Below are positions 1 through 10,544 of a stretch of 32,000 nucleotides of DNA, piece by piece. The DNA is from Wallemia ichthyophaga EXF-994. Taxonomy: Eukaryota > Fungi > Basidiomycota. Below the pieces are notes generated by a model. The model was given only the letters and a program-made list of their open reading frames with translations. It searched no databases and was not told where the DNA came from. The DNA lies in contig NW_008806286.1 in assembly GCF_000400465.1 (NCBI RefSeq), positions 113,865 through 145,864 on the forward strand, given 5' to 3'. How positions within the stretch are numbered: position 1 is the stretch's first letter; every line of letters begins with the position of its first letter. The position numbers were made by a program, and so were the translations under genes.

Positions 1-1
1 A

Positions 2-142
2 ATCCACTTGACCAATTCTATCCGCACACTGCGTCATTTCCCTTTTTATATTTTTATTTCCAATTTCAAGGGCCCTGTCAGTGCATACCTTAGATGTAAG
101 CGTGTCTCTGATGCCGGTGTCTGTCCAGTGCCGGGGAGATAA
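2..142 (+). CDS. Possible 3' end of an upstream gene (partial, unidentified)
   Basis: Frame is open from 2 to TAA at 140-142 (...GPVSAYLRCKRVSDAGVCPVPGR*), followed directly by AATAAA. The T-rich tract at 38-70 ending ..TTCAAG could be an intron 3' end. No family recognised. Confidence 0.3.
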   Translation: MHLTNSIRTLRHFPFYIFISNFKGPVSAYLRCKRVSDAGVCPVPGR

Positions 143-172
143 TAAAAATACATTTTATTTCCTTAATTACAC

Positions 173-2152
173 CTAATCCACTCCATGTGCCCGCTTTGTC
201 CATTTCCCAATCAGTGTGTCCAAATCCGCGAGTACAAATTTACAAACTGAGTTAGCGAGGCACTCAGAAGCATGACGGAGGCATTTAGCAACCGAAGATC
301 TAATTTCGGGTGTGGAATCAGTATACAGCCCGAGTTCGTCGTTGCGGAGGTAACCCCAATGTACATCGAGGACCTGTGCGGTAACGAAGACTTTATTGAG
401 GAGGTCAACATAGGCATATAGCCATCCCTCCTCCGATTTACGTCCGCTGCCGCCCGCTTTGGATTTACCTAGCGAGCGCGACAGCTTGCTCGTCCACGTG
501 TACGACTTGCCTGCTGGTGCCGTTGGTGAGAGGTTGTGCGCGGGTTGCAGGTCTAGTTTCTTCGCAAGCTGTACGCTCACATCGTCCAGTAGTCGGTTCA
601 ACTCACTCAGCGCGCTTAGGAACACCTCGTCCTCTACCTGCGCACTCACGAATCGCTTGCCTGTACTATATACATCGTGTAGACCGTCGAGCACCGTCTC
701 GAGTGACTTTACTTTCACTTCTATGTGATGCAGTTTCACTACATTGCGACTGTCCAGCCAGATCTGAGGCGAGACGTACAGGCGTGGCGATATGTACGCT
801 CCTTCCCGGATCGACTTAGCGAGGAGCTTCATAAGTTGGAATGGCCGCCGCGTCGGGTCTATGTGGTAGCACTCGAAACTTGGTTTGCCGCGAGACGGCG
901 GGTCTGGTATGATGGGCTCTGATGTGGGGTATAGGTTGTTGGAGAGTGTTTTGAGTAGCGGGAGACTGTTGATCGCCGGAGGCTGTGGGTGGGATGGGAT
1001 TGCAATTGCACTCGCTGAAGTCGCCGCGGATGGTTTTCTGTCTGGTTGAGAAACAGCTCTCAGTCGTGGTGCAGTGTTAGATGTAGGAGTTGCAGTGTTA
1101 GCAGTGTTAGCAATGTTAGCAATGTTAGCGCCATTTAAACCACCAAGGTCCAATTTGAACGCCTTGCGCGTCTCAGTCTCGAACGCCTCAGTGTCATTAC
1201 CCCTGCCAGCTTGCTGTCTGCGCTGAATGAGGCTGCCCTCCCCCACAGAGGGGTTTATGATAGGCACCATCTGTTTCTCGCTGAGAGAAGCCATTGAAGA
1301 TATCCGCGTCGGCAGTTTGTACGACGAGTTGGTCGACGACGACCTCGATCTGTTCATTGGCGGTCTTTGAGGTGATTCGGTGAGTGTTTGGTTGGAATCT
1401 GATTTGTGTGGGTGTGGGTTTGTGTGGTGTACTGGATAACCCGGATAACCCGGATACGCACGCTGATCACCTCCGTCACCTGCACCACCCGCATCCAGCG
1501 GTGAGCCAGGCTGAATAGAGATGGAGGGCGTGGTAGCATGGCTCGCCTTGCGTGACTGTGGCTGTGGCTGCTGGTGGTAGGTTGTGGAGAGACACGACGA
1601 GGCTGTGGAATTAGACAGTGGTTGCTGTGGGGAGGCTGAGTGCTGTGAGGCATCCAAATCGCGTGTATTACGCCCATCAATGGCGTCATGAGTGGTATCA
1701 GTGGTATCTGCGTTGTCTACGTTGTCTGCGCCGTTTACGGCATTGCCCCTAGTATCTAACAAGACCTCTAGCAGCCTTATCCTGTCTTTGTAAGTCTCGT
1801 GGATAATTTTCAGTCTGCGCGCCTCCTCTAGTCGCCTATGCGTTGGATTGTGCTGCTCGAACTCTGATTTGTTCTCAGAATCGACACGATGCATGACACA
1901 CTCAAGCAAAGCCATTGCCTGCTTATAGGCGGATAGGGCGTTGTAGAAATCGTTGTCCTTGTCCAAATTCACAGCTGTGTTCGCTAGGCTGAGCGCGTTA
2001 TTGAGCATTTGCCGTGAAGAAGTTCTCTTTGGTGAGTGCGTGGGTGAGTGTGAGGGTGAGTGTGTGGGTGTGTGTGTGTTGGTGGCTGTGAACGTATCGG
2101 CATTCGAATACGCTTTCCCCAATTCTGATAACGGGTTCTTCTGAATTTTCAT
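173..2152 (-). CDS. MIT-domain-containing protein, uncharacterised fungal family (659 aa)
   Basis: Long single ORF. The N-terminal LNNALSLANTAVNLDKDNDFYNALSAYKQAMALL resembles a MIT three-helix bundle. It is followed by a long S/P/T-rich linker and a helical C-terminal domain (RPFQLMKLL...GAYISPRLYVSPQIW). Confidence 0.75.
   Translation of the reverse strand: MKIQKNPLSELGKAYSNADTFTATNTHTPTHSPSHSPTHSPKRTSSRQMLNNALSLANTAVNLDKDNDFYNALSAYKQAMALLECVMHRVDSENKSEFEQHNPTHRRLEEARRLKIIHETYKDRIRLLEVLLDTRGNAVNGADNVDNADTTDTTHDAIDGRNTRDLDASQHSASPQQPLSNSTASSCLSTTYHQQPQPQSRKASHATTPSISIQPGSPLDAGGAGDGGDQRAYPGYPGYPVHHTNPHPHKSDSNQTLTESPQRPPMNRSRSSSTNSSYKLPTRISSMASLSEKQMVPIINPSVGEGSLIQRRQQAGRGNDTEAFETETRKAFKLDLGGLNGANIANIANTANTATPTSNTAPRLRAVSQPDRKPSAATSASAIAIPSHPQPPAINSLPLLKTLSNNLYPTSEPIIPDPPSRGKPSFECYHIDPTRRPFQLMKLLAKSIREGAYISPRLYVSPQIWLDSRNVVKLHHIEVKVKSLETVLDGLHDVYSTGKRFVSAQVEDEVFLSALSELNRLLDDVSVQLAKKLDLQPAHNLSPTAPAGKSYTWTSKLSRSLGKSKAGGSGRKSEEGWLYAYVDLLNKVFVTAQVLDVHWGYLRNDELGLYTDSTPEIRSSVAKCLRHASECLANSVCKFVLADLDTLIGKWTKRAHGVD
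1092..1129. repeat. 9-bp coding tandem repeat (GCAGTGTTA x2, GCAATGTTA x2)
   Basis: Read directly. Encodes ANIANIANTANT on the minus strand. Confidence 0.85.
1434..1456. repeat. 9-bp tandem repeat (GGATAACCC x2.5)
   Basis: Read directly. Encodes YPGYPGYP on the minus strand. Confidence 0.85.
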
Positions 2153-2247
2153 CTAGATAAAACAACTCAAAGCCATACGAATGTCTCGTAAATGTACAAA
2201 ATAAAAATAAATAATAAAATCGATTTATCATCGAATCGCCTTGTAGT

Positions 2248-3216
2248 TTATGCAGCCCACTCCGGTCTAGGCGTTATGTCCCTCGCGATCAACCACCCAA
2301 GCCTCGTCTCCCAGTTCTGACGAAGATTGATGAGATCCACTTGACATGAGTGATTGAATCCAAGTGGCTTGTCTGGACCGCTCTTGCAAATTTCATCCAA
2401 CCCTTTGGCCCAGTTGTTCACCACCGAAGAGCTAAACATACCACCTTCCCTATTAACCATTGCATCCACCACTTCAAACCAATCTGACCATATCTTTCTC
2501 AGTTTATCCCATAAACCACTCAATGATTGTGGTATTTCATCGTTGGTGAGTGTAGGTAAGCGTGATATTACCTTGATAAACTCTACAGTCGTTGGCTGTA
2601 TCGCGATAAACTTATCAGTCACATGTACACCATTTGATGTAAAGAAAGGCAGATAAGTTGAAATGACCTTTGTCCAATTGGATATTGGCCCTTTCAACCT
2701 ACTGAGTGTGTAAGTTGGACGTGAATGTCCAATTGGAATGCTTTGTATAATATTGCACGTTGAGTCGTTTAATGCGTTTAAATAAGTTGATATCGTTGGT
2801 TGTGGTATTTTGTTCATTATCAGATGCTTTATTGAGGGTTCTTGATTTATTACGTTATTCATTACGTTTAATAGGCTTTCACGGGGAAGTGAGGCCAATA
2901 ATACGCCAACATCCCCTTCCTCGCTCTCAACATTTGTATTCAAAGTCGATTTAACCTTCTTCAGTGTCCTCACAGGCCTATTCTCACCATCGTCATCACC
3001 TATAGACATCTTTGTATCCTCCTCATCGTTGAATTCTCTTTTTTTTAAACTTTTTTTGAGAGTGCTGGGTTGGTGTTGTTTGGTAGGTGTAGAAGCAGAT
3101 CCAGATGCAGATGATATGCTATTGCCCCCGCCAAAGCTGAATCCTAATGATGAATACAGTGGCGAGCTTGGGAATGGGATTTGTTGATGATTTGGTGAAC
3201 TGTAAGTCGCTGCCAT
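2248..3216 (-). CDS. Cut8/Sts1-like nuclear proteasome tethering factor (322 aa)
   Basis: Basic NLS-like segment (LKKSLKKR, RPVRTLKKVK), then LLASLPRESLLNVMNNVINQEPSIKHLIMNKIPQPT, which resembles the Cut8 core from memory, then a helical domain. Confidence 0.6.
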   Translation of the reverse strand: MAATYSSPNHQQIPFPSSPLYSSLGFSFGGGNSISSASGSASTPTKQHQPSTLKKSLKKREFNDEEDTKMSIGDDDGENRPVRTLKKVKSTLNTNVESEEGDVGVLLASLPRESLLNVMNNVINQEPSIKHLIMNKIPQPTISTYLNALNDSTCNIIQSIPIGHSRPTYTLSRLKGPISNWTKVISTYLPFFTSNGVHVTDKFIAIQPTTVEFIKVISRLPTLTNDEIPQSLSGLWDKLRKIWSDWFEVVDAMVNREGGMFSSSVVNNWAKGLDEICKSGPDKPLGFNHSCQVDLINLRQNWETRLGWLIARDITPRPEWAA

Positions 3217-3355
3217 TGGTTGTGTTGTTGGTGGAATTAGTTTAACCAGCCTTGACGGTTTGTTGGCTGAGAATAGTGTTGTATAAAATAAAAATATAAA
3301 AATTAATTAATTTACATCTCAGTTACCTCGTTTCACGCTCTCAAAGCTGTCACCA

Positions 3356-3899
3356 ATGACGATTGAAATATCCGCAACACATCCACAGCCAACGCATCCA
3401 GGCTTAATCAGAGTCGTGAAATGCCCAGGCGAATATATGTCATACGCTGTAGCTGATAGAGTTAGTTTGTGATTTTTATTCGTTCAAAGTCATAATTCCA
3501 CCACAGGATATAGAGAAGAATCAAGTGCTTTCCTACCTAGACAAGGCGACGCTTGCAAAAAACGCGTATACTTCAGTACAAGTTTCTCCTACTGAACACA
3601 TTGAATTGAATAGTGATTTGGTTTACATAAATCACAGCTGTGAGCCAAATGTCGCGTTTGTTGTCGGTATTGGCGGCGGTGTACACGATTATTACTTGAA
3701 ATCACTCAAGAATATTTCAAAGGGCGAAGCTTTGGAATTCTTCTACCCATCCACTGAATATTCCATGTCGCAGCCATTCAAATGTTTGTGCAATACAAAG
3801 TCGTGTTTAGGGGAGATAAAGGGGGCTGAATCTATTGATAAGGATACACTCAATCAATTCCCCCTCAACGACCACATTAAATTGTTAAAATCTTTGTAA
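3356..3899 (+). CDS. Small SET + post-SET domain protein (165 aa; exons 3356-3460, 3507-3899)
   Basis: ATG at 3356. Intron GTTAGT..CAG (3461-3506, 46 nt) joins in frame to the 3525 ORF. SET motifs YINHSCEPN and GEALEFFYP; post-SET FKCLCNTKSCLGEI. Confidence 0.85.
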
Positions 3900-3936
3900 A
3901 TTCCCCTTGGTCAATTACCACCATCATCTAAATCCC

Positions 3937-6900
3937 ATGGACTCTGAACTCAGTCCTAGTATTTTAAATCCCCCGCAATCCCCACAGTCTCCACAATCTA
4001 TTCAAATATGCCATCAATGTAATCTCCCTATGTCTGGTCAGTTTGTTAGAGCCTTGGGTAACATCTACCATCTCGACTGCTTCAAATGCCACGATTGCGG
4101 CGTCATCGTTGCCAATAAGTTCTTCCCCATCCAATCCAAGGACGGCATTTCCTCACATCCCCTCTGCGAAACTCACTATTTCCGCCGCCTCGACTTGATT
4201 TGCGCTAACTGCGATATGGCACTGCGCGGTTCGTATATTACCGCATGCGGAAAGAAATACCACACAAATCATTTCACTTGCTCAATCTGTAATTTAGTCT
4301 TTGGTCCAAAGGATTCTTACTACGAGCATCAATCTCATGTATACTGCCACTTCCACTACTCAACTCGCTTCGCCATCAAATGCTCTGGCTGTAAAACCGC
4401 TATCCTCAAACAATTCGTCGAAATTAATCGAAATTCTATCAACGAACATTGGCATCCTGAGTGCTACATGATCAACAAGTTTTGGAACGTTAAAATTGCT
4501 CGTCCAAATTCTATAACCCTATCTCCACTCGATGAAGAAGCACTGGAATCCCCTCTAGCTCTCATAGATAAGCAAAAAAGAATGGAAGAACATGTCTTCC
4601 GTATTTGGACTGTTTTATCCGCTTTCGAAGAATCCTCTGCTGCTTGCATTTCTGAAATGCTTAGACATGTTTCAACCGGCGCTTACATTACTGCCGTTAG
4701 AATGGCTGGCAAGTTTATCATTCACGTCGAAGTTTTATTCGCTGCAATGGATAAAATCGAAGATTCTTTTCTTAAAGAGGACATTAAGAGTGTGTTTTAC
4801 TTTTTTAATCTCTCTTACTCTCCACTAACCAATCACTCCCTCACAGGTCCTTCACATTACCGCGAAGCTCGCATGCTATGTCGCAAAACTGTTTCCTTCC
4901 TTTCCATCCTCTCACACACCCACGAAGCTGGCTCACGTAGGATGGGTATCACCAAAGAATTGCTATCGCTTGTTACCGGCCTCGCTCACTACCTCAAAAT
5001 CCTTATTAGGATTGCTTTGACCGCTTCTTTAAAGCTAGATCGTGATTATACGGACATTGAAGCCCTACCTGCTTTTCTCGACAAGCTTTCTCTTCTCCTT
5101 CAAGACCCTATCTCATCCGCACAACATGACAATCCCAACGATGACCGTTATCTTAAGCAAGTCCCCTACGGCTACAAATCCATGTCTATCTCCTCCAAGA
5201 AATCTTCCATCGTAGGCAGAGGTATATCATCAGAAAATCCCACCGATCTTTGTTTCGCTTGCAATATGACAGTTGAAGATGACTGTATTAAATTTGGTAC
5301 GTCGTTAAGGTGGACATTGGACTGTTTCCGTTGCGATGGTTGTCACCGCCGACCCATCCTACCAATACGCTCCGTGCGTGACAGACAGAAGGACCGCGAG
5401 CGTCAAAGAGACAAGCGCAAGGAGCAAGCTGCAGAGTCAGGATTGGCGTACGAGAGTTCGACTGACTACGATTCAGATATTGCAAAGTTGGAAAGGGCGG
5501 GTACGTCAGACGGAGGACGCCGCCTTGCCATTGAGGAGTACTACTTGTCGAGACCTGAGCCGGCTACTCTGTCTATACCACCAGGTGCATCTAACAGGGC
5601 TGTGCTTGCTGCGGAGAAAGCTGCTACCAAGGTTGTTTGCACGTCATGCAAGCACACCGTAACTTATGCAGAGAGAGGCTTCACGTTTGCGACCAAACTG
5701 GAACAGTATTCTTACCTACTCAACGTCGGTCTTACACGCCTCTTTATGGTTCTCAAGACTAGGGGTGTTGTGCCCTCGAAACCAAGAAGCGGCGGTCTGG
5801 ATTCCAAGACAAATGAGTCTGAGAAAGCGTTGGAGATGGCTGACGAGCAGAAGAAGAGAGATCGCGAAGCCCAGAATGCATCCAAGGAGGTGTACGATAG
5901 CTGGCGCGACAGTTCGGAGCTGAAGAGGATACGTCCACAAGAGTTGGAGCTGGATAGGAAGCTGTCAGCAACAGCACGCCTACCGAGGAGATCGACTGTG
6001 GTTGAGTCGCCTATTGGCAGTTCAGCCGTGCCATCCGACCTTTTCCCGTCGCCCTTGAACGACAATCCACCCGTGCAGGAGGCTGAAGTGCAGCCCTCGC
6101 ATCCTGTCCTCACCATTAAGCCTGAGACGGGTGTGCGCATCGTCCACGAAAACGCCCCCAACGTCATCTCAGAACTCAAGCCGCAGTTCTCTAAGCGGGA
6201 CGACAACGAGATTGTCTATACATCACAGACGGATAAGTCTTACGACAGCGATGCCGTGTCGTTGGTAGACATGCCACAGATTATGGAGGCGAACCAGGCG
6301 CGCGAGCAGAGGAAGTCGCTGTCGCGGGCGAGCAAGAATATACTCATGACTGAGTTATCATCGCTAGAAGCGCTCGTTGTGAAACACGCCGCACTCTATC
6401 TGCTCGAGCGGTCGGAGATGTCAAAGCACATTGAGAACCTTGACGACCTGCTCGACTTGGTGGAACAGAAGAAGGCGAATACATTCTGGGGCAAGTTCTT
6501 CAAACCGAAGAAGGAGCAGAAGAAGACGGGTATTTTGGGTTGCACGCTTGATCAGCTGGTCGAGAGGTCGGGCGTGAAGACGCAAATGACGAATGGGTCA
6601 TATAGATTAACCATACCACAGCTCTTCGACGACCTTCTCATGGCTATGCGCCAGGTGGATATGTCTGTAGAAGGGGTGTTTAGAAAGAATGGGAATATAC
6701 GGAAGCTGCGCGAGTTGGTGGAGGCTATTGATAAGGAAGTCTATACTGGTAATTTGACTGAAGAGTCGCCCGTGCAGCTGGCTGCGCTGCTCAAGAAGTT
6801 CCTCGCTGGGCTGGGTGATCCTATTTTCCCACACAAGCTGTACAAGCTGTACACTAACTTGCAATTGGAGATAGTGGACGAGACTACGCGCAAGAGGATA

Positions 6901-7316
6901 CTACATCTGCTCATCACACTCTTGCCAAAGTCACACAGGGACCTGCTCGAAGTACTCTTTGTGTTTCTGAGATGGGTGGCATCGTTCAGCCACGTCGACG
7001 AGGAGACGGGGTCAAAGATGGACATACAGAACCTTGCAATAACAATCGCACCCTCGGTGCTATACCCGCCTCACAGCCCATATAATCGTGAAGATACGAT
7101 CATTTGCAACAGGTCGATTGCAGAATACCTCGAAGACCAGGATGACTTCTGCTGCGTGGGTGTGGAGTTGCTGTTCGGAGTGAGATAGACTAACACGAAA
7201 TAAAGGTACCAGCAGAAATACTGCCGATCTTACACGACCATGAACTGTTTTCTTTTACATCGTCAGAGATATCACGTAAGGATATCAGGAGAAGGTGTGA
7301 GCAGATATTTAATTGA
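3937..7316 (+). CDS. LRG1: LIM-domain Rho GTPase-activating protein, Lrg1/Rga1 family (~1090 aa; exons 3937-4789, 4847-7155, 7206-7316)
   Basis: N-terminal LIM zinc fingers (CHQC..H..CFKCHDC; CANC..H..HFTCSIC) and a C-terminal RhoGAP (VEGVFRKNGNIRKL; NLAITIAPSVL). Introns at 4790-4846 and 7156-7205 have GT..CTAAC..AG. Confidence 0.9.
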
Positions 7317-7432
7317 ATGGGAATCCACCTACTGCTACTAATACCACCCAAAATACACTAATAAATTACTTGATGAATAATAATTACAAAGATTACGTAG
7401 TTGTTTTGTGTGCTTCAACAACCACGTTCACC

Positions 7433-10306
7433 ATGGTTAAACGCGGGATGAGATTTATACCCTTTACATCAACAAAATCATCTTCGAATAATTCAATGTC
7501 TTCTAGTAGCAGCTCTGCGCCTAGGATTCAATCGCAGCCGCCGCCTAGCACTGATGAATTCACTTTCACAAAGAAACCACAGAATATCCAACCAGCACCG
7601 CCCAAATCACATTCTATACCACCTGATCATAATATCCTCTCTACTCTTCATTCTCATATTCTTTTTCACGGCTTTCTCGCCGGTGTGGGCTCCGATGTGA
7701 CGATAAAGGTCGCCAAGTGGCACAGACAGTACAAGCTACACAAGATTATCCTCACTCAGTCCACCTTCTTCAATTCTCTCTTCCACGGCTCTTTTGCCGA
7801 GACCTTATCCAACGACAAGGCCATTGAGCTCACCTTCGATGATCCAAACATCACCCGCAGCGCTTTCGAGTACTGCCTCGGCTATCTCTATGGCCGTGCT
7901 TCTCCACTGCTTCTCCAAGAGAGACTCAAGCCTTCGCCACGCTACCCTCTCACTCCCTCATACCCCACTTTCGATATATCCACAGATACCGATCCAGCCC
8001 TCGAAGACGCCCAGGTCGCCACTCCCGAGTTTTGTATGGCCTTGGTAGCTACCTCGATTTACCTCGGCTGTCCATCCATCGCCAACAAGGCCATTAGCTT
8101 CATCCTCGCAAGCATCAGCCCTGTGAATATCACAAAGTTCCTCCGTTTCGCTCTCGGTGAGGGTCTCGGTTGCGCCAGGTGCTGGTATGACGGGGAGCAG
8201 CATCCCGCTGTTGGGCTGGAGCAGCTCGGTCAGCCCATCGAGAAAGGTCTCGACACCCACATCGAAGCTGCCGAGTCGGAGCAGACGCACAGTGGTCTCG
8301 CTACTCCCCTCTCAGCTTCCCAAGAGACTGCCATTGATGGTCTGTCCATCCACTCCACCTCGGATGACGACGATGCGTCTTACGAGTACTCTACCCCTTC
8401 TTTCCACTACGGTGCTGCGTCCGATAAGGTGAGTTGTGAGCGTTGTTGCAACAGTATACTCACGCGACACACTACAGATCGGCGAGGCGTGCGTTTGTTG
8501 GCTGTCGCGTTGGGCTCTGGACATGATAGAGATCGAGGACATACTAGTGACCGAGTCGGGCGACATCAAGCACCCCAGCGGCTCCATTCCTTTCGCTACG
8601 TGGTCCTTAGCAGGCATACCAGCACGTTACATCCGCGCTGTCGTGTCCTCCGATGCGCTCTTCGTCCCTGGTGCCGAATGGCAGCGGTACAAGCTAGCTG
8701 CGCGCATAGTCGAGCTGCGTCGACGCCAAAACAAGGGTGCGCTGTCGTATGCGGACGAATGCGAATTCGACACTATGTTCGCAGATGGTATCTACTACAC
8801 CCACATGACTTTCGAGCAGCTCGCCGCTATTCAGAAGGAGGTGTCACCTACTACCGCACGCCCTTACGTCCCTATTCGTATCCTTCAGCAGGCGCTCTGG
8901 GCGCATTGTGAGCTGCGCAACTCGATCGAAGCATTCGCTCTAAGTGGTGCAGGCGCGGACAGAGATTGCGACCTCGGTTTGACGTACAGCTCGTGGGAGA
9001 TTCGCGAGAAAATTCGCACTAAGGAGGGCAAAGCTTGGTCAGAACGGCGTTTCTTTCCCGTGAACAAGGACAGTACAGACCGACTGGGTGATGTGGGTGG
9101 TAATTGATCGAGTATTGAGCTGTCTGACGCGACACACAGGCAGCGTCTATGTACAGCAGCAACGACGAGCTGAACAGATATTCACCGCCGAGCCAAAACC
9201 GCAACCAGAACCACGCACAGAGAGAAGAGAGTGAGAATGACGAAGATGCATCGGGGCTTGCGGCATCTACACACGACCCACTCGCCGGTGCATCTCCAGG
9301 TTCGCAGCGTCGTCCGCACAGCGAAGCGGAGCTATTCGGTTTGCAGAAGACGCACAGGAACGGTGGAGAAATAGCGCGGCAGATAGAGGCCGACTGCTTG
9401 AATTCGGGTGAAGGCGAAGGTGGAGACTCGGCATCGCTCGCTAGTTCATCACCTACAGCCAGACGCGCCCAGGAGGATAAGTGGTCCCTTGTTGAGCCCC
9501 TCCGCTTTGCCGTTGAGTATTGGATCAAATCGGAGCTCGCGGCGCGGGAGAAGACCTTCTCGCATGCTGTCTTCTACGCGGGTAGCTACATCAATACGTA
9601 CATACAGATCAATGAGCAGAAACATAAACATGGTAATCAGCTGGGTATTTACGTTCATCGCCAGTCTATGCATGAACCTTTGCCTTATGCGTCGTCACCG
9701 CCTTCGTCGCATGGCAACAATACTGCTTCTCCGCTGCTGTGTAGTGGTGGTGGGAGTGGTGGTGGCTATAATGGTAACGTACCTGTACCGCTTTCCCCCG
9801 TACCCACGATGGATACTCTCCTCAGAGTGAACAGTGCTGGGAGCGACGATTCGAATGGGTCGAACAATCCACCTGCACAACCACAGCCACAGCCTCAGCC
9901 TCAAACTCAGACGCAGTATCACACCCGCAACCACTCACACTCACAACCACACTCACATCCATACTCACATCCATACTCACACACTCACTCCCACTCACCA
10001 CCCACCGATACTGCCAAAGTCGGTCCAGGGAAGCATTCAGGCAGTCAGAACGTGCCACACGCAGCGTACAAAGACCCACGCAAAACGCTGCGCGCTTTCT
10101 TCACTGTACAATGCTCATCCGGTAACGGCACGGCTTTTACAAAATTCAATAGCGCTCCTGATAGCTTCACCACGTCACAGTCATGGGGATGGAAATCTTC
10201 CGTACAGAGATCGTCTGAGTATCTTGCAAATCATGCAATAGGTCCTGACGAGCAGCTGGGCGGCTTGAATTCACTCAGAGCTGTTGTTACTGTGGGGCTG
10301 GTTTGA
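7433..10306 (+). CDS. BTB/POZ-domain protein (~925 aa; exons 7433-8428, 8478-9092, 9140-10306; start uncertain, alternatives 7373/7448/7496)
   Basis: GSDVTIKV...YKLHKIILTQSTFFNSLF...ITRSAFEYCLGYLY is a BTB signature. Introns 8429-8477 and 9093-9139 join three ORF-track frames seamlessly. Confidence 0.8.
9873..9992 (+). repeat. Low-complexity hexamer-like repeats (CAGCCA/CAGCCT, CACTCA/CATCCATACTCA) encoding PQPQPQ..HSHSQPHSHPYSHPYSH
   Basis: Read directly within BTB gene exon 3. Confidence 0.8.
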
Positions 10307-10544
10307 GTGGGAGAGGGGATTTTTGGTTGGCTTTTCTTTACGTATCGCGACTTAGGTCTCTCTGTTCACGACTCACGACTCCTCACACATCCCTCACACC
10401 CCTCACATCTTTCAAGCAATGGACTTGCTAACATCTCAGCTTATCTCAGCTTATTTCTGTTGAATACAAAATCTGAAAAGGAACACTATTTTGTATAACT
10501 ATCGCTCGTTTGCAATACAATCACTCAATTACATATTTACGGTA

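Noticed and set aside
5288-6206. Stack of overlapping short ORFs within LRG1
   Set aside because: Alternative and antisense frames expected in relatively GC-rich coding DNA; no independent features.
7313-7432. ORF-track N-terminal extension of the BTB gene overlapping the LRG1 stop
   Set aside because: It starts at TTG and runs through the A/T-rich spacer, so it is more likely promoter or UTR.
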